Shown piece after piece: positions 1-10,116 of a stretch of 64,000 nt of DNA. Source of the stretch: a bacterium (lineage in GTDB: Bacteria; Zhuqueibacterota; Zhuqueibacteria; Residuimicrobiales; Krinioviventaceae); contig OY843751.1 in the NCBI GenBank assembly GCA_963693055.1, positions 672,001 to 736,000 of the forward strand. Reading direction: 5' to 3'. The notes beneath the pieces were generated by a model, which ran no database searches, was not told where the DNA came from, and was given only the letters and a program-made list of their open reading frames with translations. A program made the position numbers and the translations under genes. The stretch's first letter is position 1, and each line of letters begins with the position of its first letter.

Positions 1-2
1 CT

Positions 3-1058
3 CAATCTCAGATTCTGATAAATGGACGGTTTATGGTTACCGGCAATGAGACATATAATGATGAATATTATCGGCAGGTGGGTTACAAGGACTATTCCGC
101 ATCGTACAATTCGCAATTCAGGCCCTTAACCCTGGCAATTGCGGTTCCATTTGTTCTGCCCATGTTAAATATAAACATGACCGGTGCTGTGGGATATCGC
201 TGTTATTATGACTGGAATTATAATATTGAAAAAAATATAACGGCTATGCAAAATAGAAAATCTGTTTATCAAACCGAGCACAGGGGAATACTCAACGTAT
301 TGACAATGGGACTGGGTATGCAAATATCAGAACGTGCTCAGTTTGGAATTCTGTATAACGTGCCTATGAATTCCAAATGGGAAAAGAACACAGAGGAAAT
401 ATTTAGAGATACAAAGTCAGTGTCCGGGAACCGGGCAGATATTTACGCAAACAATTTTTTCCAATTTGGCGGACTGTTTCATATTACGGACCGCTTTTCT
501 GTGGGTGCTGCCTATTATACGGGACAAACTCTTGAATACAAGAATTTCGAGGTGAAAGCCGATGATGGAATCTATTATCCTCACGAATATCCTTATGTGG
601 AAAAATATGAATTTCCGCAATTTTGGAGCCTGGGTTTTAAAGCGGATTTGGATAAACGTATGATGGTGTCTGCTGAAATACAGAGCTTTCCCTGGGAAGA
701 TTATAAATATAAAAAATATGATATGAATTTTTTCAAGACTCCTATGGAAGTACATGCCGGATTGGAATTTCAACATGGCATACAGTATCGTCTGGGAGCA
801 TATACAAACTTTTTTTTTCTACATCGGGATGAAGCAGAATATGTTTCCAGGTATGGTTTAACCGGTGGGGTAGGATTTGATGCAGGCGGATTCAGTTTTG
901 ACGCCAGTGGTGTTTATCGAATCGTTGCGGATGAATCTCCGGTCAATGTTATTATCATGGAAGATGGTCACGGCGGGTTTGATTTTGATTACAGCACCAA
1001 AGAGTTTGTTTTGTATCTGTCTTGTATTTACAGCTTTGATCCGGGTTTTGGATTTTAA
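3..1058 (+). CDS. Outer-membrane beta-barrel protein, FadL/OmpP1-like (5' end outside window)
   Basis: Frame is open from base 3 (QSQILINGRFM...). Alternating aromatic/hydrophobic beta-strand pattern, 'MEVHAGLEF..YRLG', 'GLTGGVGF..GGFSFD', and a C-terminal Phe. Confidence 0.6.
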   Translation, partial: QSQILINGRFMVTGNETYNDEYYRQVGYKDYSASYNSQFRPLTLAIAVPFVLPMLNINMTGAVGYRCYYDWNYNIEKNITAMQNRKSVYQTEHRGILNVLTMGLGMQISERAQFGILYNVPMNSKWEKNTEEIFRDTKSVSGNRADIYANNFFQFGGLFHITDRFSVGAAYYTGQTLEYKNFEVKADDGIYYPHEYPYVEKYEFPQFWSLGFKADLDKRMMVSAEIQSFPWEDYKYKKYDMNFFKTPMEVHAGLEFQHGIQYRLGAYTNFFFLHRDEAEYVSRYGLTGGVGFDAGGFSFDASGVYRIVADESPVNVIIMEDGHGGFDFDYSTKEFVLYLSCIYSFDPGFGF

Positions 1059-1128
1059 TAGAGAAAAGTCTGATTGAGATGTGGTTAAGTTTGAATAGCT
1101 TGTGAGACAAATGTTTCAATGAAAATTC

Positions 1129-1152
1129 CGTGATGCAGACATCTGCATCACG
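1129..1152. repeat. Perfect 11-bp inverted repeat (REP-like hairpin)
   Basis: cgtgatgcaga-ca-tctgcatcacg, between convergent genes. Confidence 0.7.
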
Positions 1153-1171
1153 ATCGGGTTGCATTGTTTTT

Positions 1172-1325
1172 ATCCGTGCAGATCTGTGTGAATCCGGGGC
1201 TGATTAAAAAGTTTTTCCAGTAGAGTTGGGGGTGACTGTTCTTGAATGATATACAGAGCCAGGGAACTCTTAATTTTCGGTAAAGTGATGTATTAGCCAC
1301 AGATTTACACGGATGGAACACGGAT
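1172..1325. repeat. Imperfect inverted pair of 'ccacagattacacggat'-type short repeats
   Basis: 1172-1204 atccgtgcagatctgtgtgaatccggggctgat is an imperfect reverse complement of 1292-1325 attagccacagatttacacggatggaacacggat. A related unit lies at 46331-46378. Confidence 0.55.
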
Positions 1326-1439
1326 CAATAAAAACAGTGCAGAATATATCTTGAATTAACGGATCAGCAGGTAGGTATCTGCCGAATGGGGAAATTGGGG
1401 CGGTAAGAGTCTGGTAAATAGTGATATGGATGCTGATTG

Positions 1440-1829
1440 TTAACCACTCAGCGTGAAATTCTCGTCACCCATTTCTATATACATTAAAATTATCAATCCA
1501 ACCATTGTGAGTAAAACCGTACTGACAACATGTTTTATTGCCTTGTCCCGAAATCTTGATACTTTGAGAATGTCATCATAAAGAACGCTATACTCTTTTC
1601 CAGCAAAAACGCCGCTTACAGATTTATCCGTAATTTCGGTAACTTTGAATTGTACTCTGTTGCTGTCCGTTTTCAGGATTTTAACAAGCTGGCCTATATG
1701 GAATTGTTGCTTCCAATAGTTGTTATTTGCCTGTTGGGTTTCCGGTTTGACCATGGTCGAATAGCAGGATATATTAACAATTTGCGTTATCAACAGGAGC
1801 AATGTTATTCCGATTAATTTTCGGTGCAT
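1440..1829 (-). CDS. Hypothetical exported/lipoprotein with C-terminal hydrophobic helix
   Basis: Signal-like N-terminus ending ...VNISC, RBS-like gagg upstream, C-terminal TM segment. Confidence 0.6.
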   Translation of the reverse strand: MHRKLIGITLLLLITQIVNISCYSTMVKPETQQANNNYWKQQFHIGQLVKILKTDSNRVQFKVTEITDKSVSGVFAGKEYSVLYDDILKVSRFRDKAIKHVVSTVLLTMVGLIILMYIEMGDENFTLSG

Positions 1830-1901
1830 AATTGTTTCCTCAGACTTGGGGACGGATGTCCCTGTTTCATATATCGTGATGAAGACAACTTTTGTGATCT
1901 G

Positions 1902-1925
1902 ACTGACAACTGATCACTGAAAACT
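1902..1925. repeat. Short heptamer tandem repeat (actgaNN x3)
   Basis: actgaca-actgatc-actgaaa-act. Confidence 0.4.
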
Positions 1926-1997
1926 ATTTACTACTTGATATATTTGTCAAACAGCAAGGGGAACCACCCCCCCCCCTGGCTTTTATTGATTAATTTA

Positions 1998-2483
1998 TTA
2001 AAGGTATTTAGTCATTCGCAAAGCTTTAATGGGCATTTCCGGGTATTTATTCACGGTTTCCAGCGAGTGATTGAATCCCATTTTTTTATAAAATCCGCTA
2101 TTATTGTCTGGTACAATCGTATCCACAAACATTTTGTTGACTGAACTCCAGTTATCTCTAATCCACAATTCAGCAAAATGGATACAAGAGGTCCCAATTC
2201 CCTTGCCCAGAAAATCCAGATGCAGATAGATCAACGGAATTTCAGCGGTGGTTTCGTCAATACGCTTGATCATGAAAAATCCGGCAGCATCATCTTCATA
2301 TTCTACTATAAAGACTTTACTGGTTTTAGACATTTCAATGAAATCATCTGTTGTATATGCAGTAACAGCAGCGGAGACCTGTTGTGGAGACAACTCGCCA
2401 TAAAATTTTTGAATAAACGCGTCAATTCGGATTTTGAAACAGAAATAGGCGTCGTCACGGTCAAAGGGTCTTATCTTCATCAT
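1998..2483 (-). CDS. GNAT family N-acetyltransferase
   Basis: 'IRPF', acetyl-CoA motif 'YLHLDFLGKGIG', 'NSGFYKKMGF'. Start overlaps the upstream stop (ATGA). Confidence 0.85.
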   Translation of the reverse strand: MMKIRPFDRDDAYFCFKIRIDAFIQKFYGELSPQQVSAAVTAYTTDDFIEMSKTSKVFIVEYEDDAAGFFMIKRIDETTAEIPLIYLHLDFLGKGIGTSCIHFAELWIRDNWSSVNKMFVDTIVPDNNSGFYKKMGFNHSLETVNKYPEMPIKALRMTKYL

Positions 2484-3712
2484 AGCTCCTGTTGTTGGTT
2501 TTTATCGAATACCTGCTCCCATTTGATTTTTGCAGTGATCTGCATAAGTATAAACAGCGTTATTACTGAACAGATGGTGACAATCACACCTGTAAATCCT
2601 TTGAAAAAGAAGGAATATGAAAAAACAATCAGATACAGAACCTGAGTTACCGGTGCAACCAGTAATGCAAATTTTGCGGGTGTGAACAGGCGCAGATAAC
2701 TGATTGTGAGAAAAAGTGATACAACTGAAGCGATTGCAAACGTCAGGTACAGATTGAGATGGTCTGAAAAATAAGAATACATGAGATGGAACGAGAAAAA
2801 AGTTGCAGCCAGAAAAAAGTAATTCATGGGGTGCAAACGGGTTTTGAATGTGATGGAAAAGATGAAAATTACAATAAAAAAGAACAACAATGAAACCGGT
2901 GCAAAAAAGGTCACACGAGAGACAATTTTGCCGGGATTCAGCTTGTTGGGGATATTCAGACCAATGTCTTTACCCGTAACCGAGCTGTCCAGGTTCCATT
3001 CAAGAGTATAGCCATCTTTTGTTTCGGTTTTGCTGGTGGGCGACATCATATTGTTGGGAAAATCAATGTTTTTAAAATCAGTGGTCATGGTCAGGTTGAA
3101 ATTGTTGATCTGGCTAATGTCTTTGTCTTTGGGCGTTATAAAATAGCGAATGTTTTCCATTCCGGTACAGTCGTACGAGATTTCAAGCTGTATGTTGCCG
3201 TTCTCATCGGGAACAACGGGGATGGGCTCACTTTGGACCAAAGGCAGGATATCGTTTTGCTGTTCACCGTTAACCCATAGCGTGATATTGTTGTAAATCG
3301 AATTTGTAGAATGTAAAGACGCGTAAATGTAAAAAGTCTCTTGAGGAACAAAATTATCAATCGTAAACTCGTATTTGCCAATGAATTTGGATTTGAATGT
3401 GGGAAACCAGAGATTGCCTTTTTTACGCTGGTCTAATTGGGTGCTAATGGAAATATCTGACTTTTCGGGCCCCATTTTTATAAAATCATAAGGCTCTTTA
3501 TAGTCTTTGAATTGGTCTGCGAATACATGTCGTGTTCTTGAACAATAGGGCGCATTGATAACCAACTCATCGCCATAGAGATTGACAACCATGCTTTTGA
3601 TTGAAGAAAATGAAGAATCGGTACGAATTCCGGTAGAAACCCCCAGTATCATCCATGCTATAGTGGTGCTGAGATAGATGAAAATGATCGCAATAATGCG
3701 TTTTACACTCAT
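2480..3712 (-). CDS. CreD-family inner membrane protein
   Basis: N-terminal TM, large extracytoplasmic domain, six C-terminal TMs with 'LHPMNY' and 'FHLMYSYFSDH' resembling CreD 'HP.QY' and 'LL.SLSEH'. Confidence 0.7.
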   Translation of the reverse strand: MSVKRIIAIIFIYLSTTIAWMILGVSTGIRTDSSFSSIKSMVVNLYGDELVINAPYCSRTRHVFADQFKDYKEPYDFIKMGPEKSDISISTQLDQRKKGNLWFPTFKSKFIGKYEFTIDNFVPQETFYIYASLHSTNSIYNNITLWVNGEQQNDILPLVQSEPIPVVPDENGNIQLEISYDCTGMENIRYFITPKDKDISQINNFNLTMTTDFKNIDFPNNMMSPTSKTETKDGYTLEWNLDSSVTGKDIGLNIPNKLNPGKIVSRVTFFAPVSLLFFFIVIFIFSITFKTRLHPMNYFFLAATFFSFHLMYSYFSDHLNLYLTFAIASVVSLFLTISYLRLFTPAKFALLVAPVTQVLYLIVFSYSFFFKGFTGVIVTICSVITLFILMQITAKIKWEQVFDKNQQQEL

Positions 3713-3810
3713 AGGTCCCCTTTCTGTGTAATGTTAGACGGGCTATAACATTACACTCTCGGAGTAAACGCAGGTTCCAAATTGAAAACCAGTTTTTTTA
3801 TTGATTTCAT

Positions 3811-4122
3811 TCAGACAAGTGCTGTAACAATCCCCACCAGAGTCCCCAAAACTGCAGAAAAAATGGCAATGGGAACTATACTTTTGGGACTGTCTTTGAG
3901 CTGTTGAATCATGACCGGTATAGCAGCCATTTCTGCAACCAGAAAGCCTTTAAGCCAGGGCGCAATCGGAATTTGTATATAGGCGATAAAAATGGTAACG
4001 ACAATCCAGTGAACAAATGCCGAGATATTGGCATATTTGTCCAGTTTTTGAATGACCATGGGGATCACGTCAATGATTCCCGCAATAATTCCGATAGATA
4101 TAATAATTAAAAGTTTGAACAT
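3811..4122 (-). CDS. Small 4-TM hypothetical membrane protein
   Basis: Four hydrophobic segments, 'GIIDVIPM' and 'SAFVHW'. Confidence 0.7.
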   Translation of the reverse strand: MFKLLIIISIGIIAGIIDVIPMVIQKLDKYANISAFVHWIVVTIFIAYIQIPIAPWLKGFLVAEMAAIPVMIQQLKDSPKSIVPIAIFSAVLGTLVGIVTALV

Positions 4123-4164
4123 GATTTTTTCCTTAACTGCTAGTGTAAAAGAATTTTGGGAAAA

Positions 4165-4746
4165 TCAAAATTTTCTGACATATCCAAGGGAAGCAGCTAT
4201 TGTAGTATTCTCTTCCATATAACCTGCCTGAGGGCCAAATATTATAAAACTTTTTGTTGTAATTCTTTTGCTGAATGATAGTGAGAAATTATATTGAGCA
4301 TTTTGCATTGTTTTTGAACCAGCGTTGATAACTGACATACCTCCACCAATATAAGGATATATTGAAAAAGTGTTGGTAGCTTTAATTTGGCTGTATAGTC
4401 CGATCCCAATACTAACGGATGTATAATTGGGTTTAATACCTAAATATGATACTGATAGCATTGGGCAAACCGGAAATTTTTCACTGCCTTCCTTTGGCAA
4501 ATATAAGGATAATGATACATTTGGACCACCGTTTACATATTTATCAGATTTGACATAGCCAACCTGTAAATCAATGGATCTGTTTATTGATAAAGCCGAT
4601 TCAATCAGAACCATGTTGAGATTGTTTTCCGGGTCTGATATATAAACGCTATTCACCCCCCAACCCGAATGCGGATCCAGTACAAAGCCTTGAGAATATA
4701 CCATTTGTGCGCAAAACAGACAAACCAGAAATGTAATTTTTTTCAA
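4165..4746 (-). CDS. Hypothetical outer-membrane beta-barrel-like protein
   Basis: TTG start chosen after a GGAGG RBS. Signal peptide, amphipathic strands, C-terminal F. Confidence 0.55.
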   Translation of the reverse strand: MKKITFLVCLFCAQMVYSQGFVLDPHSGWGVNSVYISDPENNLNMVLIESALSINRSIDLQVGYVKSDKYVNGGPNVSLSLYLPKEGSEKFPVCPMLSVSYLGIKPNYTSVSIGIGLYSQIKATNTFSIYPYIGGGMSVINAGSKTMQNAQYNFSLSFSKRITTKSFIIFGPQAGYMEENTTIAASLGYVRKF

Positions 4747-4774
4747 CCTAGCCTCCATATGGGTATGCATTGTG

Positions 4775-5533
4775 TTAAATTTTATTTGGAATGCGATTAA
4801 CCATTTTAATAGTATTTTGGATAAATTGTTCAGCATTTGGGGACGAATATTCCGAATATTCACTGTCTGCCCAAAGGACTTTGCCGGTTTTTGAATCAAC
4901 AATGTATAATGTGATCTGATAGTGAGAAACCTGATAAAAAGAAGCATAACCCATTGTTAATAAACCGGTCAACAAGCCCTGACCAATAGACTTTGACAAT
5001 GGCACTTTGTTGCCTTTACCTTGAATTAATACAAGTGGTTTTATGGGGGTTTGAGAAAGTGACTTGTGACCCTGGGTTCCTATTGAAGCCAGGCAGCTTT
5101 CAAGCATATTCAATAATCCGGGATCAGTACCGGTGCTGTCAAAATAAAAAGGAGCATGATGTACCGGCAATTCTTTGTGGTTCCAGGATTGTTGCTGTTC
5201 TGTTTCTATGGTTTTAGCGACTGCTTGTCCATCCAGAAATCTGCCAACTGTTGGGGGAATCACGTTTTCTATGTAATACCCTTTTTCATAAAATGCCTTT
5301 GTAAGCGTGTCTGATAAGGATTCTCCGATGTTATGACTGGATAATACATCTACAATCATTGTGTCGTTTTTACTGCCATGTGTTACCACAATGTCTGTAA
5401 ATATTGAGCATGATTCAAATTCATCTTTTTGCACGGAAAAATGCGGATATTTTTTAGCAGGATTCCCAGCAGCACAATTTAATAATATACATGACATTGT
5501 AATAATGAATACCATCCCACATGATTTTTTCAT
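4775..5533 (-). CDS. Hypothetical lipoprotein
   Basis: Start MKKSCG with lipobox-like LLNC. C-terminal 'LYIVDSKTGKVLW' as in LpoB/CsgG-like folds. Confidence 0.65.
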   Translation of the reverse strand: MKKSCGMVFIITMSCILLNCAAGNPAKKYPHFSVQKDEFESCSIFTDIVVTHGSKNDTMIVDVLSSHNIGESLSDTLTKAFYEKGYYIENVIPPTVGRFLDGQAVAKTIETEQQQSWNHKELPVHHAPFYFDSTGTDPGLLNMLESCLASIGTQGHKSLSQTPIKPLVLIQGKGNKVPLSKSIGQGLLTGLLTMGYASFYQVSHYQITLYIVDSKTGKVLWADSEYSEYSSPNAEQFIQNTIKMVNRIPNKI

Positions 5534-5676
5534 AACATCCCCTTGAATGATGAGTTTGATTTTTAATAGGTTTTTACCCAGAGTGTCAATTATTATTGAC
5601 ACTCGAATATATAAAATTCCATAGAAAAAGCAAAGACCAAAAATGTTGTGGCCTCTGCTCTGAAATGATTTTTACT

Positions 5677-6951
5677 TTATGCTTTAGGTTCCTTGACGTA
5701 TTTGTCCCCATCTTTGAGCCAGCGTTCAGGACGTGACCAGCTTTCGGGATTTACATAGGCAGTCCTGTCCGTACGCTCCAGTGTTTTCAGTAATTCCGGA
5801 TCGCCCAGCTCACGGAATATCTGATCTTTTGGATTAAACCGGTTGAATGTATAGATACCGTCTACACCGGCTTTCCAGGCGTTCAGCGCTTCACCACGCC
5901 AGATTTTTTCTTCGGTAACGCCTTCGGGTTCACCGCTGGATTGAATACGGCGTTTGACAAAACACGCGTATGCCGGTACATCATACTTTTTGCCCAATGC
6001 GGCCCAGTTTTCCCAGGGTTCCAGTTTAAAATAACCACTGCCTACAATGAGATCCACCAGATCGTCAGCCAGCCATTGTTCCAGATCAATGCCCAATGCT
6101 TTGCAATAATCCACCGAATCCGGTACCCGGATACCTATCAGAAAAGGTCTGTGGCGCTTGAGGCCGATTTCTTCGGTCATGGTGCGGATGCGTTTCATGA
6201 GGCCTGTCATAAGGTCGCAATACTCCTGCGTTACCGGTTCACCAGTCATTTGTGGTTTGAACAGTACAGGGTGACGGAAAAAGTCCAGTTCTATACCGTC
6301 AACATCATAGCGGGTACATACATCCTGCAAAATGCGGAGCACCTTGTCCTTGACCGGTTGCAGTCCATAATCCACAGACGACCATCGATTGGCACCATAG
6401 GGCAGGGTAACGCCTTTGGTGCCTACCATATAATCGGGATGCGCCTTTTTCCACTCGCATAAAGGCACAGAACTGCCGGAATCGTGCGTGTCGTTCATAC
6501 GCATGGACCAGAATATTTCAAAATGATTTTCCTGGCAGTACTGTATCATGATTTTGAGAGGATCGGTACCGTTTTCATTCAGGTGTTTCAGAAAACGATG
6601 CGTAATGTCGTTGCGGCCCTCGCGCAGGAACCACTCGCTTTCATTGCTGGGATGGTAATAATAATTAAACACGCCGGTACAATAAAAGATAGAATCCACA
6701 TGTGTGCCCGGCAGACCATAACTGCGTTTTTGCAGCATGGTTTCGGCGGTAAAGGGTTCGTCTGCTTTAATCAAAACCGGTTCGTTACCATCATTATTCA
6801 TAATCATGCGGCGTTTACGATGCGCGGCCTGTTTGCGGTCTTGTCTAAGTTCGGCCAGACTGTATTTTTTGCTGCAGGCGGGTATCATTGAGGTGAGGGA
6901 TACAGCACCCACGCTTTTTAAAAAACTTCGACGACTGGTAGAAATTTGCAT
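5677..6951 (-). CDS. Tat-exported lipoprotein, glycosyl hydrolase-like family 10 (GHL10/DUF187-type TIM barrel)
   Basis: 'SRRSFLK' twin-arginine signal ending IPAC, 'SMRMNDTH', 'YDVDGIELDF', 'GVDGIYTFN'. Confidence 0.75.
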   Translation of the reverse strand: MQISTSRRSFLKSVGAVSLTSMIPACSKKYSLAELRQDRKQAAHRKRRMIMNNDGNEPVLIKADEPFTAETMLQKRSYGLPGTHVDSIFYCTGVFNYYYHPSNESEWFLREGRNDITHRFLKHLNENGTDPLKIMIQYCQENHFEIFWSMRMNDTHDSGSSVPLCEWKKAHPDYMVGTKGVTLPYGANRWSSVDYGLQPVKDKVLRILQDVCTRYDVDGIELDFFRHPVLFKPQMTGEPVTQEYCDLMTGLMKRIRTMTEEIGLKRHRPFLIGIRVPDSVDYCKALGIDLEQWLADDLVDLIVGSGYFKLEPWENWAALGKKYDVPAYACFVKRRIQSSGEPEGVTEEKIWRGEALNAWKAGVDGIYTFNRFNPKDQIFRELGDPELLKTLERTDRTAYVNPESWSRPERWLKDGDKYVKEPKA

Positions 6952-7074
6952 AGCCAGCTCCTGATTTAAAAGAAAGAATATATCGTTACAGGGATAGTTA
7001 TTAGCTCTGTTTTAAAATTCATTATATTTACGGCTGTATGTATAGTATATGAGATTTTGGGAGAAATGCAATGT

Positions 7075-7119
7075 AAAAAAATACCCTGTATCCGTCTAGT
7101 ATGCAGGGCATTTTTTTTT
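7075..7119. terminator. Intrinsic terminator (bidirectional-looking)
   Basis: A-tract, ataccctgtat/atgcagggcat stem, T-tract, just past the stop of the 7130-9091 gene. Confidence 0.7.
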
Positions 7120-7129
7120 ATATCAGGTG

Positions 7130-9091
7130 TTATTTAACCAGGCTGATCTTTCGGGTAAGTGTTTGTGATGTTTGTTGTGTTTTGATATCTGCCTGAATCA
7201 GATAAATACCACTGGGATAGCTGGCCGCATTGAATTGAACACTGTGCTGTCCCGTGTCATAATGACGGTTTGTCAATAATGCAATCTCTCTTCCCCGTAT
7301 ATTATAGATGCGAATCTCAACTTTTGCCGGTTTGAACAATATAAAGGGAATGGTTGTGACAGGGTTAAATGGATTGGGATAATTTTGTGTTAATGAAAAT
7401 AACGATTCATTGTTCACAAGATTGGTGTTCAGAGAATCTAAAATTGTACTGTCACTGTTGACAATGTTTTTAATTTCTATATCAAAAGTTTTAACAATCT
7501 GCACGGGTACAAAATCGGGGCCTGCGTTATATGGCACCAGTTCTGCCAATATTGCTGCTTTGACCGTTTGTAATGCTTTTTCTCCGGTTGCGTGGGTGGG
7601 CAATTGAAAAGGATTTTCTGTTTCCACTTGAGCGGAATTTACATAATGAAATGTTTTCCGATATTCATCATCGGGATCCGAATTGCTGGTTACCTTGAAT
7701 GAGCTAATGTCTTGTTCCGTAGAGACAAAAGAGAATTTGACCGTACTTTTGTTGGTATCAAATACATATGGATTAATAACAAAGGATAAATCTCCGTTTA
7801 TTTTAAAATAATCATCATATTGTGTTGTATAAAGATTGTTGTCTTTATTTTTACGTATACTTTTTATTTTGCATGTATGATCTACCTGTGGTTTTGAAAA
7901 CATGTTAAAAATGCCCAGCGGTTTGTCATACAGGGGGAGGGTGTTTGATGTCACCGCAAAGAGAGTGTCGGGTAGAACGCATCCTGGCAGGTAAAAGAAT
8001 AATGAATAGAGCCCCTGGCCGGTACTTGTATTTTCAGGGAAGGCTATTTCTGTGGGTAAACCTGAAAACGTTCTGGGTAACAAAGAATTGTCCGGTGAAC
8101 CGCCGCCTTTGAGGAATTTATATAATGTAGCAAAGGGTGCCATTGCGGGAATCCATTGATCATATAAAGTAGTTTCAGCGATTGATAATATATTGTCTGT
8201 ATACCAAGTCTTGGTGTCCTTGTTGCCCAGGGCCCATTCCGCAAATGCATTTTGCGCTTGTTTCACATTTTGATATTTGATTCTCATGTTTTGAAATGGA
8301 TAGACATTATTCTCATAGAACCCGGCTGGGTTTGCGCCTTCAAGTTGGTTGTAAACAAGCCCCCTGGATGTATTGAATAAGGTTGATTCAAGATACTCTG
8401 CATTTTCGATTTCATTTTTATCAAAGTTTCGTAATGTCTCAATAGAAATGCCAGCATTGAATATTTTGGAACCAATGTCCGGATCATATCCTGAAACATC
8501 AAAGTCAACATAGTTCCATTGATAGGGAGCATACACACCTAAAACATGTATTTCTTCAAGTACGTCTGCATCGGCCAAATCGTCAATATAACCGCAATTA
8601 TTCAGATAACCGAGCTCAAACACTGGCGAGTTTTTATCTATTCTGCCAAAAGGAGTGTACTCTTTGTTGTTCAAATATAATGTGGCCAATATATAGGATG
8701 TTTCTGCTTTTTTGGCACCATAATAAATATACCGAAGTATGCCATGGTATTCATTGTAAAGAATGAAATATGGATAGGATGTTGAATGGTTTTCATTTCC
8801 CAAATCGCGTAAAAATAATTTCCACCCCTGTGATGGATAAATATCATATTTATCTCTGCCTTCTTTATTATAAAAGATGGGAAAGATAAAAGAACCTGAT
8901 TCATTCCAGGGTAGTGTAAAGTTGTATACTTTACCACCATGAAAGTTCAAATCGATTTTCATATTAGGATCAGAGTGCCAGTCCCAGTTTTTGTCTCGTC
9001 TTTCATCATCAACTGATCCCATTGTGCCTGCATCTATTGAATTGAAAAGCATCAAAAACAGGATTATTAAAAAATATGCAAATGTTTTCAT
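7130..9091 (-). CDS. Secreted protein of unknown function with T9SS-like/FlgD C-terminal sorting domain
   Basis: Start MKTFAYF with signal peptide. N-terminal 'WDW...GWKL..D.G...PYFILYN...GILR' block, C-terminal 'QNYPNPFNPVTTI...PSGIY...KISLVK'. Confidence 0.8.
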   Translation of the reverse strand: MKTFAYFLIILFLMLFNSIDAGTMGSVDDERRDKNWDWHSDPNMKIDLNFHGGKVYNFTLPWNESGSFIFPIFYNKEGRDKYDIYPSQGWKLFLRDLGNENHSTSYPYFILYNEYHGILRYIYYGAKKAETSYILATLYLNNKEYTPFGRIDKNSPVFELGYLNNCGYIDDLADADVLEEIHVLGVYAPYQWNYVDFDVSGYDPDIGSKIFNAGISIETLRNFDKNEIENAEYLESTLFNTSRGLVYNQLEGANPAGFYENNVYPFQNMRIKYQNVKQAQNAFAEWALGNKDTKTWYTDNILSIAETTLYDQWIPAMAPFATLYKFLKGGGSPDNSLLPRTFSGLPTEIAFPENTSTGQGLYSLFFYLPGCVLPDTLFAVTSNTLPLYDKPLGIFNMFSKPQVDHTCKIKSIRKNKDNNLYTTQYDDYFKINGDLSFVINPYVFDTNKSTVKFSFVSTEQDISSFKVTSNSDPDDEYRKTFHYVNSAQVETENPFQLPTHATGEKALQTVKAAILAELVPYNAGPDFVPVQIVKTFDIEIKNIVNSDSTILDSLNTNLVNNESLFSLTQNYPNPFNPVTTIPFILFKPAKVEIRIYNIRGREIALLTNRHYDTGQHSVQFNAASYPSGIYLIQADIKTQQTSQTLTRKISLVK

Positions 9092-9338
9092 GGTTGTCCC
9101 CACTATTAATAGTACTTTTGGGTACAAGAAAAGATAATCAAGTTAGTAGTGCTAAAATTTTGATCAAGATTATTGTAGATTTTCTCATATTTATACCCCT
9201 TGTAATATCTAAATAAAATCTATTATTTTTAACTAATAAAAGCAAGTCTATTTTTACAAGAGCCGGATTTTGATAAAAAATCGGTTGAATTCCTGCTCAG
9301 GTTTTAGTAATATTCTCAAACAAAAAGAGAGAGAGAAA

Positions 9339-10109
9339 ATGGACAATCATGACGAACAATTCATGTCATCTCTGGATGCGTGCGATCACGGAATCATCGA
9401 GTTTATCCCTTATCTGCTACAGGATTTGTGGGAACTGGGTTCCAGACCGTCGTTGATGTTAGAGATGATAGAAAAGCATATTGAAAATCCTGCCAAAATG
9501 CAGGTGCTGGACCTTTGCTGCGGTAAAGGCGCGGTGCTGGTGCAGATGGCGGAGCGATTCGGCTGTACCGGCGTGGGTGTTGATCTGCTGCCGGATTTTA
9601 TTGCTGAAGCCAATGAAAAAGCGAAAATGCATAGTGTAGCTGAAAAATTACAGTTCATGCTGGAAGATATTGTAGAATCTGTTGAAAAATATCATGACAA
9701 AGATCTGGTGGTATTTGGTTATGATACAGAAGTGCTGGGTGACATTGGCGAGTCGCTGAGTAAAATTCAACCCTGTTTAAAACCGGGTGGATTTGTTCTG
9801 CTTGAAACGGTATTTGCGGTGGATGAAGAACTGCAATCCGAAGGACTAGTCAGTCGCGATCTGCTCATTCAAGAGATTGAGCAGACAGGCGCTGTTATTG
9901 TTGATTCTTGTGAATGGACACAGGAAGATATGCGGCAGTTGAATTCTGACAATACTGCCAAAATCCGCAAACGTACAGAAGAGTTGATTGAAAAACATCC
10001 TGACCACCGGGAGATGTTTGCGGAATATATTGAAAATCAGGAAGCGGAATCTGCAATGCTGGAAGAAGAGATGCGGGGCATTACACTGCTGTTGAAACTG
10101 GAACAATGA
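9339..10109 (+). CDS. Class I SAM-dependent methyltransferase
   Basis: Motif I 'VLDLCCGKG', 'GVGVD', 'LKPGG'. Confidence 0.9.
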   Translation: MDNHDEQFMSSLDACDHGIIEFIPYLLQDLWELGSRPSLMLEMIEKHIENPAKMQVLDLCCGKGAVLVQMAERFGCTGVGVDLLPDFIAEANEKAKMHSVAEKLQFMLEDIVESVEKYHDKDLVVFGYDTEVLGDIGESLSKIQPCLKPGGFVLLETVFAVDEELQSEGLVSRDLLIQEIEQTGAVIVDSCEWTQEDMRQLNSDNTAKIRKRTEELIEKHPDHREMFAEYIENQEAESAMLEEEMRGITLLLKLEQ

Positions 10110-10116
10110 GGACGCT

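Noticed and set aside
1967-1976. Phase-variable poly-C tract
   Set aside because: Intergenic and outside the spacer of the nearby TTGACA promoter candidate; more likely part of a hairpin.
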